A DNA stretch of 63,994 bases, filler included, from Reticulomyxa filosa (taxonomy: Eukaryota > Protista > Foraminifera), in NCBI GenBank assembly GCA_000512085.1. It is 20 parts of 20 records of this genome, joined end to end, with 100 filler letters (N's around TTAATTAATTAA, not from the genome) between each part and the next. Parts side by side here need not be neighbours in the genome. Positions count along the whole stretch, not along the records: positions 14,365 to 26,182 come from ASPP01003193.1; positions 26,283 to 27,478 come from ASPP01025371.1; 18 more parts are not named here. One strand, given 5' to 3'. Shown here piece after piece: positions 14,595 to 27,214 of the stretch. The stretch's first letter is position 1. The number at the start of each line of letters is the position of its first letter. Position numbers and translations under genes: made by a program. The notes below the pieces were generated by a model that saw nothing but the letters and a program-made list of their open reading frames with translations, made no database searches and was not told where the DNA came from.

Positions 14595-15982
14595 TTAATA
14601 ATAAGGTATCATTTGAACAACAATAGTTTCATGTTTTTGAACAGAAGCCTGAAAAGCACCAGTACTAATACTAATATTTTGATGAAGCCATAAATCTCTA
14701 ATCATATAAGTTTGATTAGGATTAAGATCAAGTTCTTGCCATGTAACACTAATAGTGGTAGTATCTTGTTTACGATTTAATAAAGCTAAAACATATTGAT
14801 TATTAATTAAAGGACCAAACCATACTTGTTCTCCAATAATAGAAGGATCATCTTTTAAAAATACTTCTCTAATTTTATGTGCTTGAATACCTAAAGGATC
14901 TTGATTTACTGATATAAGTTCTGTATTCATTAATATTTCTATTGTTTCTGATGACATATTATTAATATCACAACCAATAATTAATGGTGATTTTCCAATA
15001 CACCATAAAGAAAAATGTGTTTTATATTCAGTGAATGTCATTCCACCATTTCCAATTTCTAACATATCCTATAATTTATTAAATAATATATATATATAAA
15101 TATATTTATATATTTATTTATTTATATATATATATTTACAAAACTGGATCATTCCAAGCACCAGGACCTGCTACAAAATATGGTCCATTATGATCCCAAT
15201 TATAAATCATTTTTTCCCAATCATCTTCAATATCACTAGTTGTACGCCATGAATTTCCAACATCAGGAGCCCAAGTCCAAGGATGATGTCTTCCCCATTC
15301 ACAAATACTATAAAATATAGGATGTCCTGTTGCATTTAAAGCATCACGCATTATTGGATATCTTTCTTGTGGTCTTATATGATCATTATTACAATTATCA
15401 TATTTTAAATAATCAACACCCCAATTTGCATATGTATTTGCATCAATTGTTTCATAACCTAAAGATCCAGGTCTTCCTTGACAAGTTTCATTACCTGAAA
15501 TATATATACATAAATATATACATAAATATATACATAAATATATACATAAATATATATGTATATTCTTTTTTTTTAACCTGCATCAGAATATAATCCAAAT
15601 AATAAACCATTTGAATGAGCCATTTCCACTAATGGTACTATTCCATCTGGAAAGGTAGTAGGACTTTATTTTATTTTATTTTTTTATTATTTGTTTATTC
15701 ATTTCTTATTTTTCTTTTTTAAATACTTAACTCAGGTACTATTGTTCCATTTGGATCTCTGTATAATTGCCAACAATCATCCAAATTAACATATTTATAA
15801 CCCGCATCTCTTAAACCTGTACTTACCATACTTTTTATCACTTGTTCAATTAATTCTTGATTAATTCCACAATGATAACCATTCCAAGAATTCCAACCCA
15901 TTTGAGGTGTCTTACCAACACCATTGTCTAAACCAGTTGTAAGACTTGTTAAAACAAAGAACCAAGTTAAGAATGTAAACAT
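14595..15982 (-). CDS. Secreted alpha-galactosidase, glycoside hydrolase family 27 (4 exons)
   Basis: Signal peptide, [54 protein letters not shown]|[11 protein letters not shown], and a C-terminal IRDLW beta-sandwich. Confidence 0.97.
15500..15558. repeat. Intronic 12-nt tandem repeat (atatatacataa) x~4
   Basis: Read directly, inside intron 2 of the GH27 gene. Confidence 0.85.
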
Positions 15983-16453
15983 TAGAGAGGAAATAGGCAG
16001 TAGATATGCAATTATGGATAGCAGTTTTTAATAATCGAACGCGTAAAAAGAAGAACGTACCCTACCTTTTAGTTGCTTTTTGACTTTTTCGTTTTTTCAA
16101 AATTTTAAACAGAATAAACTAGTTTGTATTGAGCAGTGAATGTATACGTTTTTTAATACTCGAATAGTCCGAAGGGTCATTTGTTTAGTATGTCATATAT
16201 AAAGCCGAGATACAAACAACTTAGTGGGATTGCTTATTGTCGATAGATATGGCCAAACAATTTTTGTTTTAAGAAAAATGTCATTTGAATGAAAGGGGCT
16301 GGAGAAAAGAGTGATAAATCAGATTTAAACGAGACGAAAAGAAAATAGAAATAATCTGAGGATAACTTCCTTTTTATTTAATTTTATTATATCCTTTTGT
16401 TTTATTTTTCCTCTATTTAAACTTAGTATTATGTTTTTTGAAATAGGCAACCC

Positions 16454-17348
16454 TCATGGCCTGAGCAATTCACGAAGAAAAGCTTGCAATGCATTTCTTC
16501 CTCTGGAGGAAATGAGTATCAAAATGAAAAGAAAAAAGTAAACAAGACGTTGATAAGAAGGTGACATGGCACTTTTTGGTCGTGAGGCTTGAAGGGTGGA
16601 GTGGATGTAATGAGACTTTTCATCAAGTTGAGACTGCAATGTTTTGTACTCGTCTTCCATTTTGCTCAATTTCGCGCCCCATTCTTTTTCAAGATTTCCA
16701 AATAGTTTTTCTTTTGCAAGTGTTTTGCGTTGAATTTCGCAAATTAACTGATGGATTTGCTCTCCTTCCTTTCCACCTTTTTCTTTCTTAAGCCACTCCA
16801 ATGTATCACATTCACATTTGTTGTTCGCCATAGCTAATTTAAAAAAAAAAAAAAAGGGGTTGAAAAAGTCGACGTTCAATCATTAAAAACGCATACTTAG
16901 AAATTAACAGCATTTTACTTAAGTCGTGTTGGGCTTTGGTTTCTTCTTTTTTCTCGTCATTCGTTAGCATCCTTTGCTTCGTGATTGCAACAAAAGGTTC
17001 ATATGTGTCCAAGTTTGCATTGGGCATTTTTGAAAATATTTCTGGAAATTCCAATTGCAATGATTTGTAGTGCTCAAGCCATTGTTGGATCGCCTCTTTG
17101 CGATTTAAACCTTTTAATTTCGTCCATGACTCCCATTTTAGTCGAGACTCGATACTAAACGCGCTGGGCTGTGGGGTTGTGTTGTCGCCACACATCACTT
17201 GACGATAGTACCCATAAATTGGCAACAGTTTTCGCGACCCTGTCAATCCCAACGCCGCTTTCAGATCACTTTCTAAACAATCGATTATTAAAGTGCCATG
17301 CGTGAATTTGGCATATAACTTTGACCAATTCTCGTCGTTAGTTTCCAT
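16454..17348 (-). CDS. Acyl-CoA-binding (ACBP) domain protein with probable C-terminal coiled coil
   Basis: LLPIYGYYRQVMCGDNTTPQPSAFSIESRLKWESWTKLKGLNRKEAIQQW matches the ACBP pattern LY..YKQ...GD....P.......KW.AW..LKG....EA. Splicing of the 3' exons is uncertain. Confidence 0.8.
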
Positions 17349-17716
17349 TTTTAATGTATTCTTTTTTTAACGCAATTTTCTGTTATCCTCTTTTTTTTTC
17401 GGTTTCCTTTAGACTTTTGGCAAATGCATTTGATCCGTTTTCTCCTTTTATATCTTTAATAAAATTGTAACATTCCAAGTTCTTTTGTATAAAAACTACT
17501 ATCACAATTAAATCAAGAAATAAGCTTTAAGGATTCTAAACATCTAAATAACCACAAATATTAAAAATTTCGCAAACGATTTTGACGAAAACATAAAAGT
17601 CTGTTTCGAGAGGCCAAAAAAACTAGCAAACCTCCTTTTGCCGACATTTTATGAGTAAATCGTAACCATTTTCGGTATCGCATATTTTGAATTTTCACTT
17701 GGGCTAATTATCGAAT

Positions 17717-20366
17717 ATGACATCGCAGACCTCTAACCCTGCAACAGTGTGTTGAGTTCTTTGCATATTTTTGACCAGTGACCCGTGCATGTGGTCACAA
17801 CAAAATAAACAGCCTGAAATCCAAGCAAAGTTACTGCGACTCTGGGAAGAAAAGAAAGAAGAGGAATTCAGAAAGGAATGTTCCAAGCTCGTGAATGATG
17901 TTAATAGACCGTATTTTTTTTCATTTTCCCTTGTTTGTACTTTTTTTTAAGGGGCAACTAAAAAAAAAAAAAAGGGCGTACATGTCTGCAGGATGTGTGG
18001 TTTTGTTATAGTTTTTTTTTGTATCACTTATATTTTAAAAAATAGCATGCAGAGTTTTTCAAAGTAATGGACTTGCATAGTGGCAGTGGTTCGAGTCCTG
18101 ATGTGTCGCGTGACGAGTTTGTAAATCACTTTAAGTCTTGCTTTCGAGTAGAGCTAAGTAATGCTTTGTTTTCCACCATCGCCGGAGACAAGAATACTTG
18201 TAAAGTTGTCAATATTCGGACCTATTTTCATGGCAGGCGAACAGTGATCAAACAAAAAGAAGTCGTCAAAGTTAAAAATATGATACGTATTTTCAAGATT
18301 TTTTTTTTTTTTTTTTTTTTTTTTGAAAACAAAATACGTATACAAATTTGCTTTGGAAATAAAATTGAAAATATTGTACTTTGAAAGGACGCAGTATGGT
18401 TATCCCAAAAATTGCAAAAAATGAACTTGAAAGATATCGACGATGATGAAAACTTGAAAATTGAAAGAGAAGAATTGCGAGCGCATTTGAAAGAAGAAGT
18501 TGATGTAGTTCTGATTGATGCAATCTTTGATTCCATTGATGCCGATCACAGTGGTCAAATTACACCACTGGAATTTTTCAAATGGAGACATAATACAAAG
18601 ATCGACACGATCCAAAAAATAATGGTGGGTTTATTTAAAAAAAAAAAATTGTCCCTACTTTATGTACAACATACATCTAATAAATAATATATTGATCACA
18701 GCAACAAGTACACAAGTCCCTGGCCTCACCAGATGAATATATTGTAGATAGAATCCATAATTCGTTGTCGTCGCCATCTTCGCCTCCAATCAAAAATGTG
18801 AATGACGACCAGAAAGCAGATACTGAGAACTCGGTTAGTACACTTTGTGTTGTTGTTTGTCTTGTCTTTAAGTTTCTTTGTAATTTTCATGCAGGACATG
18901 CCTCCACTAAGCATTGAACCTCTCAATATTACGGCATCGATTGAAGCTCCCACAGTTGCGCCAACAGTGATATCTGAAGTATCAGTAACGGCACAAGATG
19001 TTGTGAAATCAAAACCTATAAAAGCAGAACCCAAAGCCGAAACCACTAAAAGCACTGAAAAGGAACAGCCAATTAAAACAGAAGAGCCAACTAAGGTGGA
19101 AGAACCAATTAAACCGGTAGAACCAATTAAACCGGTAGAACCTATTAAACCAGCAGAGCCTATTAAATCAGCAGAGCCTATTAAATCAGCAGAGCCTATT
19201 AAATCAGTAGACCATTAAACCAGTAGAACCCATTAAACCAATAGAACCCATTAAACCAGTAGAACCTATCAAACCAGTAGAACCCATCAAACCAGCAGAA
19301 CCTGTTAAAGTGGAAGAGCCGGTCCGAACTTACGAAGAAGTCAAAGTTCAAGAACCAATCAAAGTAGAGGAACCAAAAAAAGTGGAAAATGTTGTCAAAA
19401 AAGAGGAACCTGTGGAGGTAAAAGAATCAAAAACTGAGCCAAAGAAATCTGAAAATATTGTAGTTGTGCCAGCAGTACAAATCATAGGTGAACATCCGCT
19501 AGCAACTAAGGAGCTGGTTGAGGGAGAAAAGACCAAAACGGAACAAGAAAATAAGGCTAAGCCGGCAGAGAAATTATCTGCACCACCAAAATCTTTAGTA
19601 ATCAGAGAACCAAAAGACCTTTATGCAGTACATTCAGTTGTAGATGCAAACGGCAATGTTACGACAGTAAAGAGAACGTGGGTTTTGTCCAAAAAGGGAA
19701 CAAATTGGAGAGAATGTGAGGTGATTGACGAAGACCATGACCAAATCAAAATACACTTCATATCGTATAATGCTCGATATGATGAGTGGGTTGACAAAAA
19801 TAGTGATAGAATCAAAGGTACATTATTCATTTTGTTTTGTTTTGGAAATTACACAGCAAATACTGTGTCTATGGAACAGCGACAAGGGACGCAAGAGATT
19901 TACGAAAGGGGGATAATTTGTCAGCATGGTATCCAAAAATGCGAGTCTGGACAGAAGCGGAAGTTGATGCGGTTGATGAAAGTCGAAACGAAATTGTAAT
20001 TACATATATTGCAACGGAACACGGAGCACGATTACCTCTCAATTCCTCAAAAATTTCTGTTGTTCACAAGAAATTGGTATGTTTATTTTGATTTGACTTT
20101 TAAAAAAAAATTTGTTTTGTTTATTGTTTTGCAAACGATCAAATTAGAATGATGAATATCAAGAAAGGAACGGTGAAAGTTTCGAATATGTACCTGCAAA
20201 TACAATCTATACGAAGAAAAACGATGATCGATTAGCATCTAACCACTTGAGTGCCGATACGATCAATAGTCAATCAACTGCTGAAACCGATAAAGTAAAT
20301 AATGATGATACTACAGAAAACATTCAAAAGCAACAGGCAGTGCAAGGATGCTGTCAAATTATGTAA
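17717..20366 (+). CDS. Multi-exon protein: EF-hands + EPIKPV repeats + two Tudor/chromo-barrel-like domains + CaaX
   Basis: EF loops DIDDDENLKIEREE and DADHSGQITPLEF; WRECEVIDEDHDQIKIHFISYNARYDEWV; LRKGDNLSAWYPKMRVWTEAEVDAVD; last exon ends QGCCQIM* at 20366. Confidence 0.75.
19102..19315 (+). repeat. Coding 18-nt minisatellite, ~12 units encoding EPIK(P/S)(V/A/I)
   Basis: gaaccaattaaaccggta-like units. One unit near 19210 is 2 nt short and breaks the frame. Confidence 0.93.
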
Positions 20367-21003
20367 CCGACAATAGAATTGTCGTACATAGTCCAGGAGT
20401 TTGCGTATGTGTTGACGGTGCTCTACCGATCACTTTGTAATATATGAAAAGGCAAATGATAGTTTGGAAAAGTTTTATTTTTCATTTGATTTAGGCCTTA
20501 GTTTGAAAACGACCACCTTTTTTTTTTTGGCGATCGGCAATTTATCGATCCCTTCAACATAATTCAAATTTCGTACATTTGCTTCGTGTGTACTATTTTT
20601 TTCATTTCAATTGTTTCAATTTTCTTTTTTTAAAAGAAGCGCCCAATTTTGCTTGACTGTGCACAAGAGAAAAGACAGTCATTATCGATCATCACAGTTT
20701 AAACATAATTGAGAATCTTTCCTCTTACTCTATTGTTAATTTTGTTCATTTACTGGGGTAAAACCGCTCCTAGTAAGAGCAAAGCTCTAAGGGAATCCTT
20801 TTTTTCAAAACTTATCACTTACTTTTATATACACTTAGTACTTGCCTCTGTGCTCTGTATATTGAAATTTGAGCAAAGCATGCTTATTTTTAAGGTTTGT
20901 AATATCACCCAGTGCATGAATTATAAAGTAATTGTGCAGAAAATGAAGATAATATAGTAAAACTTTATTTTAATGTTTTTTACGAAATGATATAACTGAT
21001 TGA

Positions 21004-23618
21004 TCAAAGTTGTAATCGTTTCCAATTTTTTAAATTCTCTTTTTGTTTTTCAACACTTTGAGGAAAAAGAGTGTTTGTTGATGAAGTTTTTAAAATTTTT
21101 TTCTCAACGAATGAAGTATGATCATCAATTTGTTTCTGCCCATTTTCTTTCCAATTTGAAGACTGGTTCAATTGCATTTGTTGTGCTAGCAGGCCATCGA
21201 TATTGGAGCCCTTAAATCTGTGTTCCGAGTTAATCGCTTCTGTTTTCAACATAGAATGTAGGGCCGATTGGCGCCACCGGTAGTCCCATCCAAGTTTTTC
21301 TTTGATATCACGGACATTTGGATAATCGTTGATTTCGTCTTTCGTGGCGGTAGTAGATGTTATAGGTGGCACAACGACATCGTCTTTATTCATGCTGTTT
21401 CGTTTTTTTCAAGTCTCGTTGTATGTAACCTCACACAAACACAAAGAGAGAATAAGAATAAAAGTATTTTATTGCATGTTAGTTGGCAAGATAGGCGATG
21501 GTGTTTCTTCATCAGATTTAGTCAGTTGTCGCAACGCCGGAGACAGTCGCGAGTGAAGCACAGAAAAGTTAGATATCTTGATAGCTTTATTGAGGCACAA
21601 CCCTGTTTTTATTTTCACGTTCAATAATTGTTCACATTAGACAAAGTAGGTCCAACAAAGCAACAAACAAACCATAATTAGCAGCCAAATTGAGGAATGA
21701 TAATAGCAAATAATTAAAATATCGTGTACGTTTTTCTTGGTATCGTTCTACAAGAATATTGAATAATGTATTCGCCCATTGCTTAGAATGTTGAAATTGA
21801 GTTGCATCGTGAAGCTATCACCAATGGTCGGTCAAATTACCAAACATAACATGCCTAAACAAAAAAAAGAAAGGGACAAAAACAGAGAATATGTAACGAT
21901 AGGGCAAAATTGTCACCATTTGTTGAATAAAGTCCGCGTTTGAGGAGGAATCGATGTTCGGTATTATCTTGATAATTTGTTTTTTGGCATCTTCAGCCTC
22001 TGTCGATGTAAGTCGAAGGATAGCGAACAGAATCTCTTCCACTTTAGTCGTTATCATTCGGTTGTCGACGTGCTTTTGACACAACTCCTGAAGTGCGTCA
22101 ATAAACTGTCCAAATTGCGACTGATCAACTTTGAGGCCGGCCATGAGGATACTATTCCAGACTTGAAAGGAAGGGACCCAGCTCGAAGTGTTCAGAACAC
22201 GTAATACGACTGAACAGTGTTCTGGGGCTCTGAAAAGCGACATCTTTAATTGTTTTGTTTGTAAGTAGACACGTATAAATAAATATAGACGTTCCACTTT
22301 GATTGTATTTTTTTTTTTTTTGGAATGGGAACGAAACAACTCAACTTTCAGCAAAGAATGGATAAGCTTTTCCTGAGCTTTATTCGTGTCACTTGGGTCA
22401 GTATCAGGCGGTTGTATCTTCCAATCTTTCCAATACAACGAATTTAAATGAAACACCAAGGCGCCACTAATGTCATCACTTAGCCTTTATTATACATACA
22501 TATACATATACATATATGTATATAAAGACATGATAAATAATGACGAGTGCAAAAAGAGAGAGAAGAACAAGTTTCAATAGACACATGTGTAGATTGAGAC
22601 ATGCAAAGTTGTGAATTGGCTGTGGATAGTCGCATGGAAGACGAGAGCTGATTATCGCGATGGAGCGGATGTTCTCGACGCGGGTCATGAGCATCCCAAA
22701 TGAGGAAACACGAAGACGAGGACGAGGACGAGAAAATGGAATTGAAGCGATCACGAAAAGCTTGGGCCTCGGTCATGTCATCCAGGTCATGACCGAGCGT
22801 AGTGAGAGCGTAGTTGACAACCCAGACAAGCATGGGAACGAGAGAAGGACGTGAATGTGGCAGCAACCATGCTTCTTCAAGCATAGTAAGCACAGTCATT
22901 AACATCACGCGATTATTGGCCCACTTGCAAGCATCGACGAGAAACAAAGAATAAAGCAGAATCTCGGAATGACACTTTCGAGCAACAAAAAACGGCATGA
23001 TATCAACCCAAGAAACCCAATTGAAAATTTCTTGTCGCAACGACAATGGCAATTGCCCTTGCTCAAACATCTGCAAATACATCGACCATTCGCTATCATT
23101 CGCTTCAAGCAATGCCACATGCGAATTCGACGCTGTCGCTTTTGTGCTAAACTCGTGTCGCAACAATTGGTACTTTACTTCTTGCGCGATCAATCGTTGC
23201 AAGAGAGATGCCGCTTTCGTCGGCGACTCACACTGCAACGCGATTTCGCACAAGTATTGCCACATCGTTTGCGGAATGCTTGTCGGCAATGACACTGCCT
23301 TTTGTTTGAATTTGGTTTGGCCACTTTGCGCCATTTTTGATATCAACTGTTTCCGCTCTTTCAACAGCAATCGTACTTGTCTTAATGCGCCATCCGCATA
23401 GAAATGACTGCAATACTTCAATATCATTTCGTGATCTCGAATACTTGCGTCCCAATGTGTCGATACTAGTTGCCACAGTTGAAAAGGTAATCGATTACGC
23501 TTCGTGTCACATGACACCCCTAACACAAACTTGCATGCCTTTTTTAATTTGTTTATTTATTTTGTTGTTTGTTTCACCTTCTCGCATATTCGCACAATTA
23601 ATAAACAATAGACCTCAC

Positions 23619-23652
<34 letters not shown>

Positions 23653-24132
23653 CATACATATCACACAGTTATATGTTTGTGTAGTACATTTGTCTGCATG
23701 TGTGTGTGAATCCCCCTTTTTTCTTTACGTTGGAAAAGTGATTAATAGTGCTAGGAGAAGTCACTGTAATGGTGTCTTCGTTGCCCATTTTACGCTCTTT
23801 TTGAATGGATCGTACAAAGTCTGATAACACTCGGGGCTTGTCGCGATGCTCGAAATCGTACTTTTGATCCACAAACAACGATAGTTGATCCAATAAATAT
23901 AAATAACGAACTTTGGCAAGGCAATAGTGCATCTCATTGATATTTAATATCCTCCTGATAGTTATAGGATTTGCGTTGTGTAATTTGTCTTGTTTTTCAT
24001 TCTGTCTTTCTCGCTTTTTGCAAAACACAAAGAAACATACACCATGTGGACTAATGAAATTCTACGTTCTGTCGTCTGAGAAAATGAACGAGCATTGACA
24101 CACAAGCCCGAAGGTCTTCGGAAATGAGACAT
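21004..24132 (-). CDS. Large multi-exon helical hypothetical protein, possible mitochondrial presequence
   Basis: Co-oriented ORFs at 23669-24028, 22480-23526, 21818-22459 and 21004-21393, separated by intron-like tracts. First exon MSHFRRPSGLCVNARSFSQTTERR is Arg/Ser-rich. Confidence 0.6.
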
Positions 24133-24306
24133 GAACAATTACACATTAATGTGCCAAGTTACAAATTTTTCCTTCAGAGGGCCCTTTAAGTTGAGAGCTT
24201 AATTTAAATTATTGTGTGACATCAGACTAGGTCTAATTGTGCACGTCATAACTTTTTTTTTTTTTTGTGTTGAAAATTCTCCAAAAAGTTGGCCCTTTAG
24301 AAGCTA

Positions 24307-24720
24307 ATGTCAAAAAAAAGCAGTATGTCAAGTTCTAAAGTTTCTGCATGGGATTATTTATTTGGTAGAGACGGCGTATTGTGTCGTGTGCATGATTCGT
24401 GCCGCATTGACTGGGAAAATGAGCCCGGATGGCTCATTTTTGACGAAGGCACAGTTTGGGGAGGATACTGTGAAGTGACGTTTTACCCGGACAACGACCA
24501 ACACAGTAAGATAAAAGTATTTGGCGGAAGCGTTTTCAATCGACAATTTGAGGCATGTCAAAAGAAATTTCAAGAACTTCGTGAAAAATATGAAATTTTT
24601 GCCGAAATTGAAGGTGAGTCCAAAGATGAGATAAACAATGACATTATGCCAACAGATTTGGAACCTGGACAAACTTTAATGGGTGGGGTAATCAACATCG
24701 AACCTAAAAGCACCAAATGA
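24307..24720 (+). CDS. Hypothetical 137-aa single-exon protein
   Basis: ATG-to-TGA ORF with globular composition (AWDYLFG, GWLIFDEGTVWGG), divergent from the gene starting at 24132. Confidence 0.65.
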   Translation: MSKKSSMSSSKVSAWDYLFGRDGVLCRVHDSCRIDWENEPGWLIFDEGTVWGGYCEVTFYPDNDQHSKIKVFGGSVFNRQFEACQKKFQELREKYEIFAEIEGESKDEINNDIMPTDLEPGQTLMGGVINIEPKSTK

Positions 24721-25620
24721 TACCAGTGTGTAACTCTACACATGAAGACGATAATCGCTTGTGCCATGTGCTCAAGATAAAAAGAACATGCTTTTTTGTT
24801 TTGTTTTTTGTGAGTTGTTGTAACATGCGCTGTTCCGGTTTCTTGACACTCTTGGTACATTCTTTAATGTTGCATGAATTTTGAATGTTAGAAGCGATCT
24901 TTCTTTTATTATAACAAATATTCTGACAATTAACAGTCTTCAATATTGATAAAAAATAACTACAAAAAATCAATTGAAGAAATTATTTAAAAAGAAAAAA
25001 AACCAAAAAACGCAAAAGGTTTATTTTCTGAAAATGCTTAAAAAAGAATGTCAAATTTCATGAATATGAGAAAAATGCGATTGCAACTTTTTTTCGAAAT
25101 TTCAAAAGATGAATAAAAAACCAAATGATATTTAAAAACTACACGATTCGTAGATATGTTTTCTTAAAAAATTTAATTAAATGTTATTTTTTCATGGAGA
25201 AAATCGATCATCTAGTGCCGTTTTATGTGTCAACTTTTTTTAAATATTGTATCTTGCGATACACAAAAAAGAGTATACAATACAAGTAACAGTACAACAG
25301 TCTTGATTTTGACAATACGCAAACTATTAGTGCAGCTCGTTGTAGTGAATAAGTCAATAAGACAGTAGTTGTTTCCTCTATGTCAATAATTTTTTGAAAA
25401 ATCTACGTATTTTTGCAAAGTTTATTTTAAATATTATTAAAAAACAATATCGTCTGAAGTTCATTCCAAATTTATACTAATTTTTTTTCAAATAGACAGA
25501 ATTACTCGTTTTAAACTTTCTTGCAAACAACGAGGGTGTGTTTTCTGAGCTTGGTATTAAGCCTGAACCCCTTTTAAAAAAAAACATTATCATTCGAATT
25601 CCTTGAGGAAAAGCGCAGCA

Positions 25621-26161
25621 ATGTCAGCATGCAAATCAAAAAGTAAAAAATCTCTTAAAGAGAATTTGTTAGATTGTCGAACTACGGATGTAGAATTAGA
25701 GTATAAGCATAACAACAGGAGCCTGAAAACACCATCAAGACAAAAGGAAGAAGTGGATGGTCCATTACATGTGCATTCACTTTCAGCAATTGAGCAGTGG
25801 CAAAACGATTTATATGAACGCCAAAAGCGATTAAATCGCAAGTGCATACTCATCGAAGAGCTGGAAGATCTTTTAAGGGGCCCTATGTTGCTGTCACAGG
25901 ACGATAAAGAGAGTGCAGAACACAAAGAGCAAGAAACCAAAATAAGCAACATAACTCAACAAAGTACAGATATATTTGAAGTGGAGCTTGAGTGTATGGA
26001 TGATGAATGGAGTGATGACATGATGGACAAAGTGCAATATCAACAAATGTTGCAACGTATTCCACTTGAGAAACTTCATGAATTAAAACGAGTTTTTGTC
26101 ACACATAAAACATACGCTGAAATTGATCGCGTCTATCAAACCATCCAACAAATTAACACTG
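25621..26161 (+). CDS. Hypothetical protein, 5' part (coiled-coil/acidic)
   Basis: Open frame from ATG 25621 to a probable donor near 26162, then contig end. Confidence 0.55.
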
Positions 26162-26282
26162 GTATATTTAAAAAAACAAAAANNNNNNNNNNNNNNNNNN
26201 NNNNNNNNNNNNNNNNNNNNNNNNNNTTAATTAATTAANNNNNNNNNNNNNNNNNNNNNNNNNNNNNNNNNNNNNNNNNNNN

Positions 26283-26582
26283 TTTGAAAAAGATCAAATC
26301 TTGAAAGCCAAAGAAAAAACTGAGGAAATGGAAAGAGACACTATATTGCTGGGCGATTTTTTGAAACAAAATGATGCTGTTATTAACAAAGATTTTGGGA
26401 GTGCTGTTAATATCCAATTGAATCGAATGCAAGAATCGATCCAACAAGCTCAGGGAGTTATCAATCATGATCCTTACACTGATAGTGGTTCTGTTCATCA
26501 AAAAAAAGCTGGTGCCTTGTATAGTATGACAGCAGTACAAGTTCTAAATGAAGAAGCCTCTTCTGCTCATGACGAATTGTGA
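26283..26582 (+). CDS. C-terminal fragment of a probable ER-lumen protein (HDEL)
   Basis: Frame runs from near the contig start and ends SSAHDEL*. Confidence 0.6.
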   Translation, partial: FEKDQILKAKEKTEEMERDTILLGDFLKQNDAVINKDFGSAVNIQLNRMQESIQQAQGVINHDPYTDSGSVHQKKAGALYSMTAVQVLNEEASSAHDEL

Positions 26583-26796
26583 TTGGACAGAGGGGGATTT
26601 TTTTAATAAGCTCCAGCTTTTCATTATTTGAACGTTTTTTTTTATTATTAATTTGGGCTTGAAAGAGAAAAAAAATCTCCTTTCAATTACTTCTAAACAA
26701 ACAAATCAAGTTCAAGTCTGTTCTACAAATTTTTTTTTTGGGATGTTTGACGATGTTTTTGGGCTCTTTTTTGTCCATTTTTACAATTTTGAATTG

Positions 26797-27214
26797 TTAC
26801 TGGACAGTTGGTAATGACCTTTGACATACAAAATTCGACGCCATGCCTTGAACTTTCCCCCAAATTTTTTGATTCCATCTCCTCTCATTTGTTGTGCTCC
26901 TTTCTCAAAATACTCTTGCAGTTTCTCTCTTGACTCAACCCTGTCACATTTTCAAAAACAAAACTTGGAAGTACAAATAAAGTGCACAAAATGATTCCAT
27001 ATAAACGCAAAAAAGTAAAGCAGTACAAGTAATGCACTGATTTGAAGACAACGTTTCCATTGACATTTTCTTGAAGATTCTCAGAGTCAAATATTTTAGC
27101 AGAAATAAATCCGTCAAACCGCAACATGTCGCCTATGTGTGGTTTAAGCCAAGCCTCAAAGGCATCAGCAATTTCTTTTTCTATCTCCAAATTCACTTCA
27201 TAGATAACTGCCAT
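26797..27214 (-). CDS. DUF4286-like (dimeric alpha-beta barrel) protein, 2 exons
   Basis: MAVIYEVNLEIEKEIADAFEAWLKPHIGDMLRFDGFISAKIF..SVHY, intron 26941-27026, then LVESREKLQEYFEKGAQQMREDGIKKFGGKFKAWRRIL. Matches the DUF4286 pattern from memory. Confidence 0.8.

Noticed and set aside
22660-23684. Several overlapping antisense ORFs (also opposite MVD, B56 and the WD40 genes)
   Set aside because: Shadow frames of real coding sequence, with no independent motifs.
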